Shown: positions 32,966-44,338 of the stretch, one piece after another
Layout: each line of letters begins with the position of its first letter
How positions within the stretch are numbered: position 1 is the first letter of the stretch
Origin: an uncultured Thermoleophilia bacterium
Lineage (GTDB): Bacteria > Actinomycetota > Thermoleophilia > Gaiellales > Gaiellaceae
Direction: 5' to 3'
Length of the DNA: 64,000 nt
Assembly: GCA_963774225.1 (NCBI GenBank)
Contig: CAVZEA010000005.1
Span: 96,535 to 160,534, forward strand
Translations under genes and position numbers: made by a program
Notes under the pieces: generated by a model
Databases searched by the model: none
The model's input: the letters and a program-made list of their open reading frames with translations, nothing else
Told to the model about the DNA's origin: nothing

Positions 32966-34273
32966 ATGGCGAAGGCGGCAGCTCTCCAGCACGTGTGCAC
33001 CGAATGCGGGACGTCGTCCGGCAGGTGGCTCGGCCGCTGTCCCGGGTGCGGTGAGTTCGGGACGATGGCTGCCGAGGCGCCGCCGCCGAAGGGCCGTGCG
33101 CGTCCGGCCGACGCTCGGCCACCGCTCCGGCTCGTCGAGGTGGTCGCAGACGAGGCCGAGCGCCTCTCGACCGGCATTCCGGAGCTCGACCGCGTGCTCG
33201 GCGGGGGCCTCGTGCCGGCGTCGCTCGTGCTCGTCGGCGGCGAGCCGGGAGTCGGCAAGTCGACGCTCCTCCTGGCCGCGCTGGGAGCGATCTCGCGCGA
33301 CCGTCGCGCGCTGCTCGTGACAGGCGAGGAGTCGGTCGCCCAGGTCAAGCTCCGTGCCGCGAGGCTCGGCGGCTGCGACGCGGTCGAGATTCTCGCGGAG
33401 ACCGAGCTGGACGCGGTGTGCGACGCCCTCGAGCGGTGGACGCCTGCGGTGTGCGTGATCGACTCCGTCCAGACGCTCTGGTCGCAGGACGTGGGCTCGG
33501 CGCCGGGCTCCGTCTCGCAGGTACGCGAGGCTGCCGCTCGGCTGTTGCGCGTTGCGAAGCAGAGCGGCGTCGCGACGTTCCTCGTCGGCCATGTGACGAA
33601 GGACGGTGCCGTTGCGGGGCCGCGCGTGCTCGAGCACCTGGTCGATTGCGTCCTGCAGTTCGAAGGCGATCGCTACCACGCCCATCGCATCCTGCGAGCC
33701 GCCAAGAATCGGTTCGGGTCGACGAACGAGATCGGCGTCTTCGAGATGACGGGCACCGGCCTCGTCGGCGTCCCCGACCCGTCGGAGGTCTTCGGACGCA
33801 CGACGGCCGGGGAGATCGGTGCGGCGGTGACGTGCACCCTCGAGGGGACGCGGCCACTGCTGCTCGAGATCCAGGCGCTCGTCGCTCCCTCAGACCTCGC
33901 GATGCCGCGTCGCGTCGGCACGGGTGTCGACCCGAAGCGACTCGCGATGATCGTCGCGGTGCTCTCGCGGCACGCCGGCATTCCGCTCGGGGCGGCGGAC
34001 ATCTTCGTCAACGTCGCCGGCGGCGTCCGGATCGACGAGCCCGGCGCCGATCTCGGGATCGCGCTCGCGATCGCGTCGGCGGCGAAAGGAGTTCCCGTCT
34101 CCGAGGGCCTCGCCGCCTTTGGCGAGATCGGGCTCACCGGTCGCCTACGGCCCGCCGCGCAGACGGATCGGCGAGTGGAGGAGTGCCGGAAGTTCGGGTG
34201 CGAGCGTGTGCTCGGCCCCGACAGCGAGACGCTTCGGCAGGCGCTCGCCTCGGCGCTCGCAGACCGCGCCTGA
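32966..34273 (+). CDS. radA: DNA repair protein RadA
   Basis: Zn finger CTECGTSSGRWLGRCPGCGEFG, Walker A GEPGVGKST, KNRFGS, Lon-like C-terminal domain. Confidence 0.95.
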   Translation: MAKAAALQHVCTECGTSSGRWLGRCPGCGEFGTMAAEAPPPKGRARPADARPPLRLVEVVADEAERLSTGIPELDRVLGGGLVPASLVLVGGEPGVGKSTLLLAALGAISRDRRALLVTGEESVAQVKLRAARLGGCDAVEILAETELDAVCDALERWTPAVCVIDSVQTLWSQDVGSAPGSVSQVREAAARLLRVAKQSGVATFLVGHVTKDGAVAGPRVLEHLVDCVLQFEGDRYHAHRILRAAKNRFGSTNEIGVFEMTGTGLVGVPDPSEVFGRTTAGEIGAAVTCTLEGTRPLLLEIQALVAPSDLAMPRRVGTGVDPKRLAMIVAVLSRHAGIPLGAADIFVNVAGGVRIDEPGADLGIALAIASAAKGVPVSEGLAAFGEIGLTGRLRPAAQTDRRVEECRKFGCERVLGPDSETLRQALASALADRA

Positions 34274-34313
34274 GCAGGGATTTTCGCGAAAAACGGCGAA
34301 TTTGCAGGGTTTC

Positions 34314-34322
34314 TGATATCCT
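34314..34322 (+). promoter_or_regulatory. possible extended -10 element TGATATCCT upstream of carD
   Basis: Lies in the only AT-rich stretch of the radA-carD spacer. No convincing -35. Confidence 0.2.
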
Positions 34323-34393
34323 ATCGGTCGTCGCCGGTGGAGCCTTCAGGGCCGCCGGCACTTTCGCGACTACAGACGGAACCGGAGGAGCTC

Positions 34394-35029
34394 TTGTACA
34401 AGGTCGGCGACAAGGTGGTGTATCCGCACCACGGTGCAGGCACGGTCGTGAAGCGCGAGAAGAAGGAAGTACTGGGCGAGAAGCGCGAGTACCTCACGAT
34501 CAAGATCCTGCACAACGACATGACCGTGAACGTTCCGGCCGAGAACGCCGAGCGAGTCGGTCTCCGCAAGGTGATCGACGAGGAAGCAGTCAAGAAGGTC
34601 GTCAAGTACCTCACCTCCGGTGGCACCGAGATGCCGAAGAACTGGAACCGCCGGTTCAAGCACAACCGCGACAAGATGAAGACGGGCGACATCTACGAGC
34701 TCGCCGAGGTCGTGCGCAACCTCGCGCTGCGCGATGGCGAAAAGGGCCTCTCGACCGGCGAGAAGCAGATGTACGTCAAGGCGAAGAAGATCCTCGCCTC
34801 CGAGCTCATGTACGCAAAGAACATGAGTGAGGACGAGGCGCTCGAGTGGCTCGAGGAGACGCTGACCGAGGGCGCGAAGCCGAAGCCGGCCCGCGTTGCT
34901 GCGGAGAAGAAGCCTGCAGCCAAGCCTGCGGCAGCGGCGGCGAAGAAGCCGGCCGCGCCCGCCGCACGGAAGACGACCTCGGCCGCCGCCAAGAAGCCCG
35001 CCGCGAAGAAGCCCGCAGCCGCTAGGTGA
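34394..35029 (+). CDS. carD: CarD-family RNA-polymerase-binding regulator with AKKP-rich C-terminal tail
   Basis: TTG 34394 lies 5 nt after GGAGG. YKVGDKVVYPHHGAG aligns with the CarD N-terminus. The longest ORF starts at 34337. Confidence 0.9.
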   Translation: MYKVGDKVVYPHHGAGTVVKREKKEVLGEKREYLTIKILHNDMTVNVPAENAERVGLRKVIDEEAVKKVVKYLTSGGTEMPKNWNRRFKHNRDKMKTGDIYELAEVVRNLALRDGEKGLSTGEKQMYVKAKKILASELMYAKNMSEDEALEWLEETLTEGAKPKPARVAAEKKPAAKPAAAAAKKPAAPAARKTTSAAAKKPAAKKPAAAR

Positions 35030-35688
35030 CGACCTGGGCCGTCCTCGTCGCCGCCGGGCGGGGGGAACGGCTCGGAGAAGGTCGCCCGAAAGCGTTCGTT
35101 CGCCTCGGCACGTTGCCGCTGCTTGCGGAGCCCCTGCGGCGCCTCGACGAGAGCGATTGGATCGACCATGTCGTCGTCGTCGCTCCGGCGGAGTGGGAGG
35201 AGCCCGCGATCCTGCTCGCCGAGGAGCTCGGTGCGTCGAAGGTATCCGCCTGCGTCACGGGTGGCGCGACACGCAGCGACTCGGTGCGCGCAGGCGTCGC
35301 CGAAGTGCCGGAAGAGGCCGCGGTGATCCTCGTGCACGACGCGGCGCGCCCGCTGCTTCCCGAAGAGGTTGTGGGTCGCGTGATCGAAGCGCTGGGCGAG
35401 GGATTCGACGGTGCCGTGCCGGCGCTTCCCGTGCGCGACACGGTGAAGCGCGTCGAAGGCGGCGTCGTGCACGAGACACTCGATCGCGACGAGCTCGTCA
35501 CGATCCAGACGCCGCAGGCGTTCGTCGCACCGGTGCTGCGGCAAGCGCTCGCAGCCGGCGGCGACGGCCCCGACTGCGCGTCACTCGTCGAGCAGCACGG
35601 AGGGCGCATCAAAGTGGTCGCGGGAGACGAGCGGTTGCTCAAGGTGACGACGCGGGACGACCTCGAGCGGGTGGCCTCGTGGCTGTAG
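35026..35688 (+). CDS. ispD: 2-C-methyl-D-erythritol 4-phosphate cytidylyltransferase
   Basis: AVLVAAGRGERLG, VHDAARPL. GTGA overlap with the carD stop. Confidence 0.9.
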   Translation: MTTWAVLVAAGRGERLGEGRPKAFVRLGTLPLLAEPLRRLDESDWIDHVVVVAPAEWEEPAILLAEELGASKVSACVTGGATRSDSVRAGVAEVPEEAAVILVHDAARPLLPEEVVGRVIEALGEGFDGAVPALPVRDTVKRVEGGVVHETLDRDELVTIQTPQAFVAPVLRQALAAGGDGPDCASLVEQHGGRIKVVAGDERLLKVTTRDDLERVASWL

Positions 35689-36257
35689 AAGCGGTCGTGT
35701 TCGACATCGGCGAGACGCTCGTCGACGAGACGCGGCACTGGCTCGACATCGCGGAGGCGGCGAACGTCCCGGCGCTGACGCTGTTCGGTGTCATGGGCGG
35801 CCTGATCGCGACCGGTCGAGACTTCACCGAGGTGTGGGATGTCCTCGGAGTTGCCGCGCCGGCCGGAGAGTTCCCGATGGACAGCTGGTACCAGGATGCG
35901 CTCGACTGCCTCGAGCGGTTGCGCTCGGCCGGGTTCCGTGTCTGCGCGTGCGGTAACACGCCGCTGCGAACCGAGCGGCTCGTCGAGCCTTACGTGGACG
36001 CCGCCGCATCGTCGGCGGGATGGGGCGTCCGCAAGCCGTCGTCCGAGTTCTTCGCGCGGGTCGCCGAGCTCGCCGGCGCGCCTGTTGAGAGGATCGCGTA
36101 CGTGGGCGACCGCGTCGACAACGACATCGTTCCCGCGCTCGCCGCGGGAATGGTCGCGGTGCACATCCGCCGCGGCCCCTGGGGGTATCTCCACGAGCCG
36201 CCTGCCGGCGCAATCCGCATCGAGTCGCTCGACGAGCTGCCCGGAGCCCTGTCGTGA
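35679..36257 (+). CDS. HAD-superfamily hydrolase
   Basis: VVFDIGETLVD motif I, VGDRVDNDI motif. GTG 35679 overlaps the ispD end. Confidence 0.65.
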   Translation: MAVEAVVFDIGETLVDETRHWLDIAEAANVPALTLFGVMGGLIATGRDFTEVWDVLGVAAPAGEFPMDSWYQDALDCLERLRSAGFRVCACGNTPLRTERLVEPYVDAAASSAGWGVRKPSSEFFARVAELAGAPVERIAYVGDRVDNDIVPALAAGMVAVHIRRGPWGYLHEPPAGAIRIESLDELPGALS

Positions 36258-36727
36258 CAATGCGTATTGGCATCGGTGTCGACGCGCATGCGTTCGCGGA
36301 GGGCGTGCCGCTCGTGCTCGGGGGTGTGGAGCTGGACCATCCGCGGGGCCTCGCGGGGCACTCGGACGGTGACGTGCTCGCACACGCGCTCGTCGACGCG
36401 ATTCTCGGCGCGGCCGGGCTCGGCGACATCGGTTCGCTGTTCCCGTCCGGTGACGAGCGGTTTCGCGGCGCGGACAGCATCGAGCTCTTGCAGGAAGCTT
36501 ACGGGCGCGTGCGGGCGGAAGGTTGGGCGGTCGTGAACGCGGACTGCATTCTCGTCGGCGAGGAGCCGCGCATCGCCGTGCATCGCGAGGCGATGCGGCG
36601 CCGCCTTTCCGACGCGCTCGACGGGGCCGAGGTGAATGTGCGCGCGACGACGACGGACGGCTTAGGCTTCGCCGGCCGGGGCGAGGGCCTCGCTGCGCAC
36701 GCGGTCGCGCTGCTCGAGCGCGCCTGA
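36254..36727 (+). CDS. ispF: 2-C-methyl-D-erythritol 2,4-cyclodiphosphate synthase
   Basis: IGIGVDAHAF, HSDGDVLAHA. GTGA overlap. Confidence 0.9.
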   Translation: MTMRIGIGVDAHAFAEGVPLVLGGVELDHPRGLAGHSDGDVLAHALVDAILGAAGLGDIGSLFPSGDERFRGADSIELLQEAYGRVRAEGWAVVNADCILVGEEPRIAVHREAMRRRLSDALDGAEVNVRATTTDGLGFAGRGEGLAAHAVALLERA

Positions 36728-36756
36728 GCCGTCGTCGCGGGTGATTGGTAGGTGAT

Positions 36757-37473
36757 TCAGTCGGGGAGCGACGCGGTTCCGTCGCGCAGGACGACGAGGC
36801 CGTCTCGGGCGAGTGACGCGAGCGCATCGCCGTCGGTCGGGACGATGCCGGTCACGACGGCGCGCAGTGTTTCGGCGCGCCGCTGCCGGAAGGAGCCTTC
36901 GAAGCGCGACTGCTTCCGCGCGGGCTCGTAGCGGCGGCCACGGGAGGGGCATGCGTCCGCAAGTGGACAGACGTCGCAGCGCGGCACGCGCGCGAGGCAG
37001 GTCGTCGCGCCGAGATCGAAGAGCGCCTGCGCGCACCCGGCGTCGAACTGCTCGCCGGTCCGCTCCTGCACGCGGGCGATGTTCACGTCGACGGGCAGGA
37101 CGTCGCGGCCGAAGGCGAAGTTGCCGACCGCTGCCGCGGTGTACGAGCCGACTCCTGGCAGCTCCGTGAGGTCATCGGGCCATCCAGTGGTCGCGATCTG
37201 CTGCGCTGCGCGGTGCAGGTTGAGCGCGCGCCGGTTGTAGCCGAGCCCCTGCCACGCGATGATCACGTCGGCCGCGCTCGCTGCGGCAAGGGCTGCGGCC
37301 GTCGGCCAGCGCGCGAGCCATTCCTCGTAGCGCGGCACGACGCGGTCGACCTGCGTCTGCTGCAGCATCACCTCGCTGACGAGGATCGCGTACGGATCGG
37401 CAGTCTTCCGCCACGGCAGGTCTCGGCCGTGTGCGGCGTACCACGCAAGGAGGAGCTCACGCTGGACGGCCAC
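36757..37473 (-). CDS. HhH-GPD adenine/base-excision DNA glycosylase (MutY/Nth-like, no NUDIX-like C-terminal domain)
   Basis: YAILVSEVMLQQTQV, LPGVGSYTAAAV, Fe-S cluster CLARVPRCDVCPLADAC. 238 aa. Confidence 0.8.
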   Translation of the reverse strand: MAVQRELLLAWYAAHGRDLPWRKTADPYAILVSEVMLQQTQVDRVVPRYEEWLARWPTAAALAAASAADVIIAWQGLGYNRRALNLHRAAQQIATTGWPDDLTELPGVGSYTAAAVGNFAFGRDVLPVDVNIARVQERTGEQFDAGCAQALFDLGATTCLARVPRCDVCPLADACPSRGRRYEPARKQSRFEGSFRQRRAETLRAVVTGIVPTDGDALASLARDGLVVLRDGTASLPD

Positions 37474-37474
37474 G

Positions 37475-37843
37475 TCAGGCAGACGCGGTGATCGTGATGC
37501 CGCCGCGCGCCTTCTGGACGAGCGTCACCGACACCTCGCCGACGGGGAGCTCGAGCGCCGTGGCGACCTCGTCGCGGATCTGCACCGCGAGCGCCTCGCA
37601 GAACGCACCCTGGTCGTGGAAGCGCGACAGGTAGATCTTGAGCGACTTCGACTCGAGGCAGAGCCGGCTCGGCCGGTACTCGATCGTCACGACGTAGAAG
37701 TCCGGCTGGTTCGTGATCGGGCAGACCGCGGTGAGCTCGTCGCTGCGGAGCTCGACGACCGAAACGCCCGGGTTCGGAAACGTCTCGAGCCCGGCGTAGG
37801 CATCGCTGCCCGCATGACCCAGCGCGACGAACTCGTGCTCCAC
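37475..37843 (-). CDS. queF: NADPH-dependent 7-cyano-7-deazaguanine reductase
   Basis: CPITNQPDF catalytic Cys and ESKSLKIYL motif. GTG 37843 assumed, within ORF 37475..38941. Confidence 0.8.
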   Translation of the reverse strand: MEHEFVALGHAGSDAYAGLETFPNPGVSVVELRSDELTAVCPITNQPDFYVVTIEYRPSRLCLESKSLKIYLSRFHDQGAFCEALAVQIRDEVATALELPVGEVSVTLVQKARGGITITASA

Positions 37844-37873
37844 GCTCCGTAGCGTAGAGGCTCGTCGGAAGGA

Positions 37874-37888
37874 ATCGCAGCTCGCGAT
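37874..37888. promoter_or_regulatory. LysR-type T-N11-A dyad ATCGCAGCTCGCGAT
   Basis: Palindromic arms ATCGC/GCGAT in the 84-bp queF / LysR divergent spacer. Confidence 0.3.
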
Positions 37889-37927
37889 AACGCCAAACTC
37901 CCGGCGCGTTTTCGCGTCACACCTCTT

Positions 37928-38902
37928 ATGGGGCACCAGGGCGGCTCGTGGCACGGTGTCGAGCTGCGCCACCTGGCCGCCCTCGAGGCGGTCGCCGGCG
38001 CAGGCTCGTTCAGCGGAGCGGGCGTCAGGATGGGCTATAGCCAATCGGCGGTCAGCGGGCAGATCGCTACGCTCGAGCGTCTCGTCGGCGCGCGTCTGAT
38101 CACGCGGCTTCGCGGCTCCCGGAACGTCGGGTTGACGCCGGAGGGCGCACTGCTTCTCGAACACGCGCGGGTGATCAACGCACGGCTCAGCGCCGCACGT
38201 GCCGACCTGAACGGGATGCGCGAGGGCGTTGCACCCAACCTGCGCATCGGCACGTTCCAGAGCATCTCGCAGACCCTCCTGCCGAGGCTCTTCCGACGAC
38301 TGCTCAGCGAGTCGTCGCAGACCGTGACGTCCCTCCGTGAGGACGCCGCGATCGAGAACCTCGTCGAGCTGCTCGCGAGCGGCGAGCTCGACGTCGCGTT
38401 CGTCCTGCTTCCGATCGGTCGCGAGGGAATCGAAACCGCCGAGGTGCTGCGCGACCCATGGACCGTCGTCGTGCGCAACGACCATCCGTTCGCTCGACTG
38501 CGCCGCCCGATCACACCGCAGGATCTCTCGGGCCAGCCGCTCGTCACCTGCGAGCGGTGCAGATCGCAGGACTTCGTCGAGGGCGCGCTCCGGGCTGCCG
38601 GAGCGGACGTGCGCGTCGTCTCGCGCCTTGCCGACTATCGCTCGGTGCTGCCGCTCGTCGGCGCCGGGCTCGGCTGCGGCCTGGTGCCGCGTCTCGCGCT
38701 CGAGGGGATCGACGACAGTCAGCCATCGCTGCATGTACTGCCGCTCGAGGAAGTGCCGCCGCGCCTCGTTGGTGTCGCGTGGAACGGCCAGCGCCGGGTC
38801 GGCGAGCTCGTGCCGCGTTTCGTGCAGCTCGCCGTCGAGCTCGGCTCGGCGTGGCCGGCCGACGACCGATTCGCGGAGCTCGCGCACGCACAGGCCGGCT
38901 AG
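37928..38902 (+). CDS. LysR-family transcriptional regulator
   Basis: N-terminal wHTH LRHLAALEAVAGAGSFSGAGVRMGYSQSAVSGQIATLE. 324 aa. Confidence 0.85.
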   Translation: MGHQGGSWHGVELRHLAALEAVAGAGSFSGAGVRMGYSQSAVSGQIATLERLVGARLITRLRGSRNVGLTPEGALLLEHARVINARLSAARADLNGMREGVAPNLRIGTFQSISQTLLPRLFRRLLSESSQTVTSLREDAAIENLVELLASGELDVAFVLLPIGREGIETAEVLRDPWTVVVRNDHPFARLRRPITPQDLSGQPLVTCERCRSQDFVEGALRAAGADVRVVSRLADYRSVLPLVGAGLGCGLVPRLALEGIDDSQPSLHVLPLEEVPPRLVGVAWNGQRRVGELVPRFVQLAVELGSAWPADDRFAELAHAQAG

Positions 38903-39883
38903 TCCGGGGCGGTCGCCTCGACATTGCGGCGCTGTCGCCACGACGCGATTCCCGTTCCGAAGAGCGCGAGCTCGACCAGCGTGATCGCGAGCCGGTTCAG
39001 CAACGTCACGCCGAGCGCGGGCCCGCTCGTCGTCACTGCGAGCAGAAGGCCGTACATCGACGCCTCACGCGCTCCGAGCCCTGACGGCAGGAAGACGGTG
39101 AGCACCGCCACGATTGCACCGACCGCGGAGACCCCACCGAGGAACGGGATCGTCGACACGCCCGGGTTGCTGCCGAGGCTGCGCAGCATGAAGTAGACGG
39201 CGATGCCACCGATCAGCCAGGTCGCGCAATAGAAGAGCAGCAACGTGATCATGAGCGGGAACGGCAGCGGGTCGATCCGCTCGGCGCCGAACGGCCGCAG
39301 GATCTTCTCGGCGACCGGACGAAACACGCGCGGGTGGAGGAGTGATGCGAGCAGCACTCCGAACGCCACGAGTGGCAGCAGCGGCGCGTGCACGCCGCGC
39401 ACCCACGCGAGCGAGACGACGAACACGATCACGCCCGGAGATCGCCGAGAGCCCAGCCTCCACGAGGATCGAGGCGAGCACCGTCGGTGTGTCCGTGACA
39501 CCGGCCGACCGTCGGAGGGCGACGGTGCGCGCCGCCGGCGTCCACACGCCCCCTGGGAGGTACTTCGCGAGCATCGAGACCATCTCCGCCTGCAACGCGA
39601 CGCCGTAGGGCACCCGGATCGACCACGCTTCGAGCATCCGGATCCAGCCCAGGATGAAGACGAGGTAATACGCAGCGACCGTCGCGAAGCCCAACGCGAG
39701 GTAGCCGAGGTTCGCGTGCTCGAGCCGGGGGCCTGCCTTGTGCCATTGGTCGGTCACGGCCCAGGCACAGAGCGCGAGCGTCAGCGAGACGAGGAAGAGC
39801 TGGAGACCCTTCGTGAGTCGCGGATGCGCACGGAAGAACGCGGCTGTCGCGCGCACCCTCCCTGCCAGGCCTCCTTCAGGCAT
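38899..39883 (-). pseudogene. multi-pass membrane protein of the UPF0104 / LPG-synthase-TM (flippase-like) family, +1 frameshift near 39433
   Basis: ORF 39065..40081 holds to ILVEAGLSAISG. ORF 38899..39501 continues VIVFVVSLAW ... FLPSGLGAREASMYGLLL. Length is 3n+1. Confidence 0.6.
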
Positions 39884-39944
39884 GGGGCGAGTCTGCCGCA
39901 CGGGGCGGGCGCCCCGCTGGCTGTCGTTATCGTTGCGGAGCGCA

Positions 39945-41402
39945 ATGACGACCGATTCCTCGCCCGAGCGGCTGCACCCGAACCTGACGCTGCTCGTGCT
40001 TTCGGTCGCAGGCCTCTCGTTTGCGCTCCTCAGCTCCGCGGTCGTGCCGGCGCTCCCGACGATCCAGCACAGCCTCCACACGAGCGAGAACGGCGTCGCC
40101 TGGATCCTGACCGGCTATCTGCTCTCCGCGTCCGTCGGCACGGCGATCGTCGGCCGGCTCGGCGACATGTACGGCAAGGAGCACCTGCTCGTCTGGACGC
40201 TCGTCGATCCTCGCCGTCGGCACGCTCGTCGCCGCACTCGCGGGCTCGCTTCCCGTGCTGATCATCGCCCGTGTCGTGCAAGGCGCCGGCGGTGGGATCT
40301 TCCCGCTCGCGTTCGGGATCATCCGCGACGAGTTCCCGCGCGAGAAGGTCGCAGGCAGCATCGGCCTGATGTCGGCGATCCTGGGCGTGGGCGCCGGCGT
40401 CGGGATCGTCGCCGGTGCCGTCATCGTCGAGCATCTGAGCTGGCACTGGCTCTTCTGGGTCCCGCTCGTGATCATCGTGCTCGCGGCGATCTGCGCCTGG
40501 CGGTTCGTCCCGGAGTCGCCCGTTCGCGTCCCCGGCCGCATCAACTGGGTCGCCGCGGCGCTGATGGGCGTGGGCATGACGCTCGTCCTCGTGGCGGTCA
40601 GCGAGACGACGGTGTGGGGCTGGGGCTCCGCGAAGACGCTGATCATGCTCGTCGTCGGCGCGTTGGTCTGCGTCGCCTGGGTCGCGGTCGAATTGCGCAG
40701 TGCGGAGCCCTTGATCGACATGGCGCTGATGCGCGTGCGGGCGGTGTGGGCCGCGAACCTGGCGGCGTTCCTTCTCGGTGCCGGCATGTACGCGTCCTTC
40801 ATCGTGTTTCCGCAGTTCGCGCAGCTGCCGAAGAGCACCGGCTTCGGGTTCGGCGCGTCGGTCGTCGCGTCCGGCCTCTACCTGCTGCCGTCGACGATCG
40901 GGATGTTCCTCATGGGCTTCGCGGCGGGTCGCATCGCGGCGCGGTTCGGCTCGCGCTTCGCGCTCGTCACCGGCTCGGTCGTGACGGCAGTCGCGTTCGG
41001 TCTGCTCGCCGTCCAGCACGCGCATCCGTACGACATGCTCATCAGCTCGTCGCTGCTCGGCGATCGGGATCGGCCTTGCGTTCGCCGCGCTCGGCAACAT
41101 CGTGGTGCAGGCCGTCGACGACCACCAGACGGGTGTCGCGAGCGGCATGAACACGGTGATGCGCACGGTCGGTGGGGCGCTCGGCGGGCAGCTCACCGCG
41201 ACCTTCCTCGCTGCTCACGTCCGCAACGGCCTGCCGACCGTCACAGGGTTCACGATCAGTTTCGTGATGTCGACTTGCTTCCTTGTCGTCTGCGCGTTCG
41301 CGTCGCTGCTCGTCCCCGACGGTCGCCGCATGCTCAGCGCATGGTCCGCGTCCGCTTCGCACCCGAGCCCGACGGGTAGCCTCCACGTCGGCAACGCGCT
41401 GA
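39945..41402 (+). pseudogene. MFS transporter (DHA2/EmrB-like), +1 frameshifts near 40206 and 41062; a third at 41365 affects its 3' end
   Basis: Three successive frames carry a continuous 14-TM-type sequence (GRLGDMYGKEH ... IIARVVQGAGGGIF ... GIGLAFAALGNIVVQAV). The end coordinate is inferred after correction. Confidence 0.75.
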
Positions 41403-42340
41403 GCGCCGTCGCGAATCGCCGCCTCGGCGACTGGATGCTGCTACGGATCGACGACACCGACGCTGCACGCAACGTGGCGGGCGGCGAGGAGGCGATCGTC
41501 GAGGATCTGCGCTGGCTGGGGGTCGCGTGGGACGACGGCCCTGTTCGGCAGAGCGAGCGCGCCGAGCGCCACCTCGAGGTCGCGCGCGCTGCCGGCCTGC
41601 CCCAGCGCTTCGAAGGCGTGATGATGTGGCGCGACGACGGAGGGCCGACATTCCATCTCGCGAGCGTCGTCGACGACGGCGACTTCGGCATCACACACGT
41701 GGTGCGCGGCTCCGACCATCGTGCAAACGAGGAGCTGCACGCGTCGATCCACCGCGCGCTCGGGACGACGCCCCCGCAGGTGATCCACCACGGGCTCGTC
41801 GTCGGCGACGACGGGAAGAAGCTGTCGAAGCGCGCCGATGGTGCCACCGTCGCATCCCTTCGCGAAGCCGGGTTCCCGGCGGAGGCGGTCAGCGCGTATC
41901 TCGAGGGCCTCGGCCTACCGCGCCACGACGTGCGCCTCGACCTCGAGCGGATCCGCTCGCTGTCGGTCGATGTCTTGTCGCAGCTCGCCGACGACGACCT
42001 CGCGGCTCGTGTCGGCGTGCCGGTCGAAGCTGTGGCGCTCGTGCGGGGCGCGCACGATCTGGTCGAAGCCCGCGCTCTGGCTGCAGCGGTGCTCGACCCG
42101 CCCGGCGTGCTCGAGGCACGAAGCCCTGAGACGCTCAGGCGCTTCGTCGAGCTGCGGTCGCCGCTCCCGGAGGTGCTCGATCGCGACGCTGCGAAGAGCC
42201 TCGTCCGCGAGTTGAAGGCGGTGGGGGGCGACCTGCGGTCGCTTCGGGTCGCTCTGACCGGCGCCGAGCGCGGGCCGGAGCTCTGGGCTGTGCTGCGCGC
42301 ACTGCCGCGCGACGAGGCGCTTCGTCGCGCACTCGTCTAG
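41341..42340 (+). pseudogene. short glutamyl-tRNA-synthetase-family protein, +1 frameshift at codon 8-9 (near 41365)
   Basis: ATG 41341 gives MVRVRFAP. The shifted frame gives SPTGSLHVGNALSAV (HIGH), RIDDTD, HLASVVDD, KLSKR and a GltX-like C-terminal LRVALTGAERGPEL. Confidence 0.75.
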
Positions 42341-42349
42341 CCTGAAAAC

Positions 42350-43632
<1,283 letters not shown>

Positions 43633-43643
<11 letters not shown>

Positions 43644-44337
43644 TCTCGTCTACGGGCGTCACGCGGTGCGCGAGGCCCTGCGCGGGCGTCGCGAGGTGCT
43701 CGAGCTGTGGGCCACGGAACGGGCGATCAAGGCGGAGGACTGGCTCGCAGAGGCGAAACCGAAGCTGAAGGCCGATCGCGAGCTCGCGGAGCGCGCAGAC
43801 AGCCGCGACCACCAAGGTGTTCTGGCGCTGGTCGAGCCCTACCGCTACGCCGACGCCTATGAGCTGGCAGCCGCCGAGCGGCCCTTGCTCGCGGTGCTCG
43901 ACCGGGTGACCGATCCGCACAATCTCGGCGCCGTCTGCCGGAGCGCCGAGGGCGCGGGCGCGACCGGGGTCGTCGTGCCGGCCCATGGGTCGGCCGTCGT
44001 GACGCCGACGGTTGCCCGGGCGTCCGCGGGAGCGGTCGAGCATCTGCCCGTCGCGGTCGTGACGAATCTCGCCCGGTACCTCGAGGAGGTGAAGGGCGCC
44101 GACCTCTGGGTCTTCGGTGCGGCAGCAGAGGACAGCGCGCCGTCGATGTGGTCGACGGATCTGAGCGGCGGTGTCGCTCTCGTGCTCGGGGCCGAAGGCA
44201 AGGGACTTCGGCCCCTCGTGCGGCGCACGTGCGATGCGCTCGTGTCGATCCCGCTCGCCGGCCGCATCGAGTCGCTCAACGTCTCCGTCGCCGCGGCGCT
44301 CTTGCTCTACGAGGCGCGTCGGCAGCGCGGCGGCTGA
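43633..44337 (+). CDS. rlmB: TrmH/SpoU-family 23S rRNA 2'-O-methyltransferase
   Basis: LVYGRHAVREAL, DRVTDPHNLGAVCRSAEGAG, LVLGAEGKGL, ESLNVSVA. Confidence 0.85.
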
Positions 44338-44338
44338 C

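Noticed and set aside
41102-42340. Apparent MFS-GltX fusion ORF (412 aa).
   Set aside because: An ATG at 41341 gives MVRVRFAP in another frame that joins SPTGSLHVGN after removing one base. The fusion is created by the +1 insertion at about 41365.
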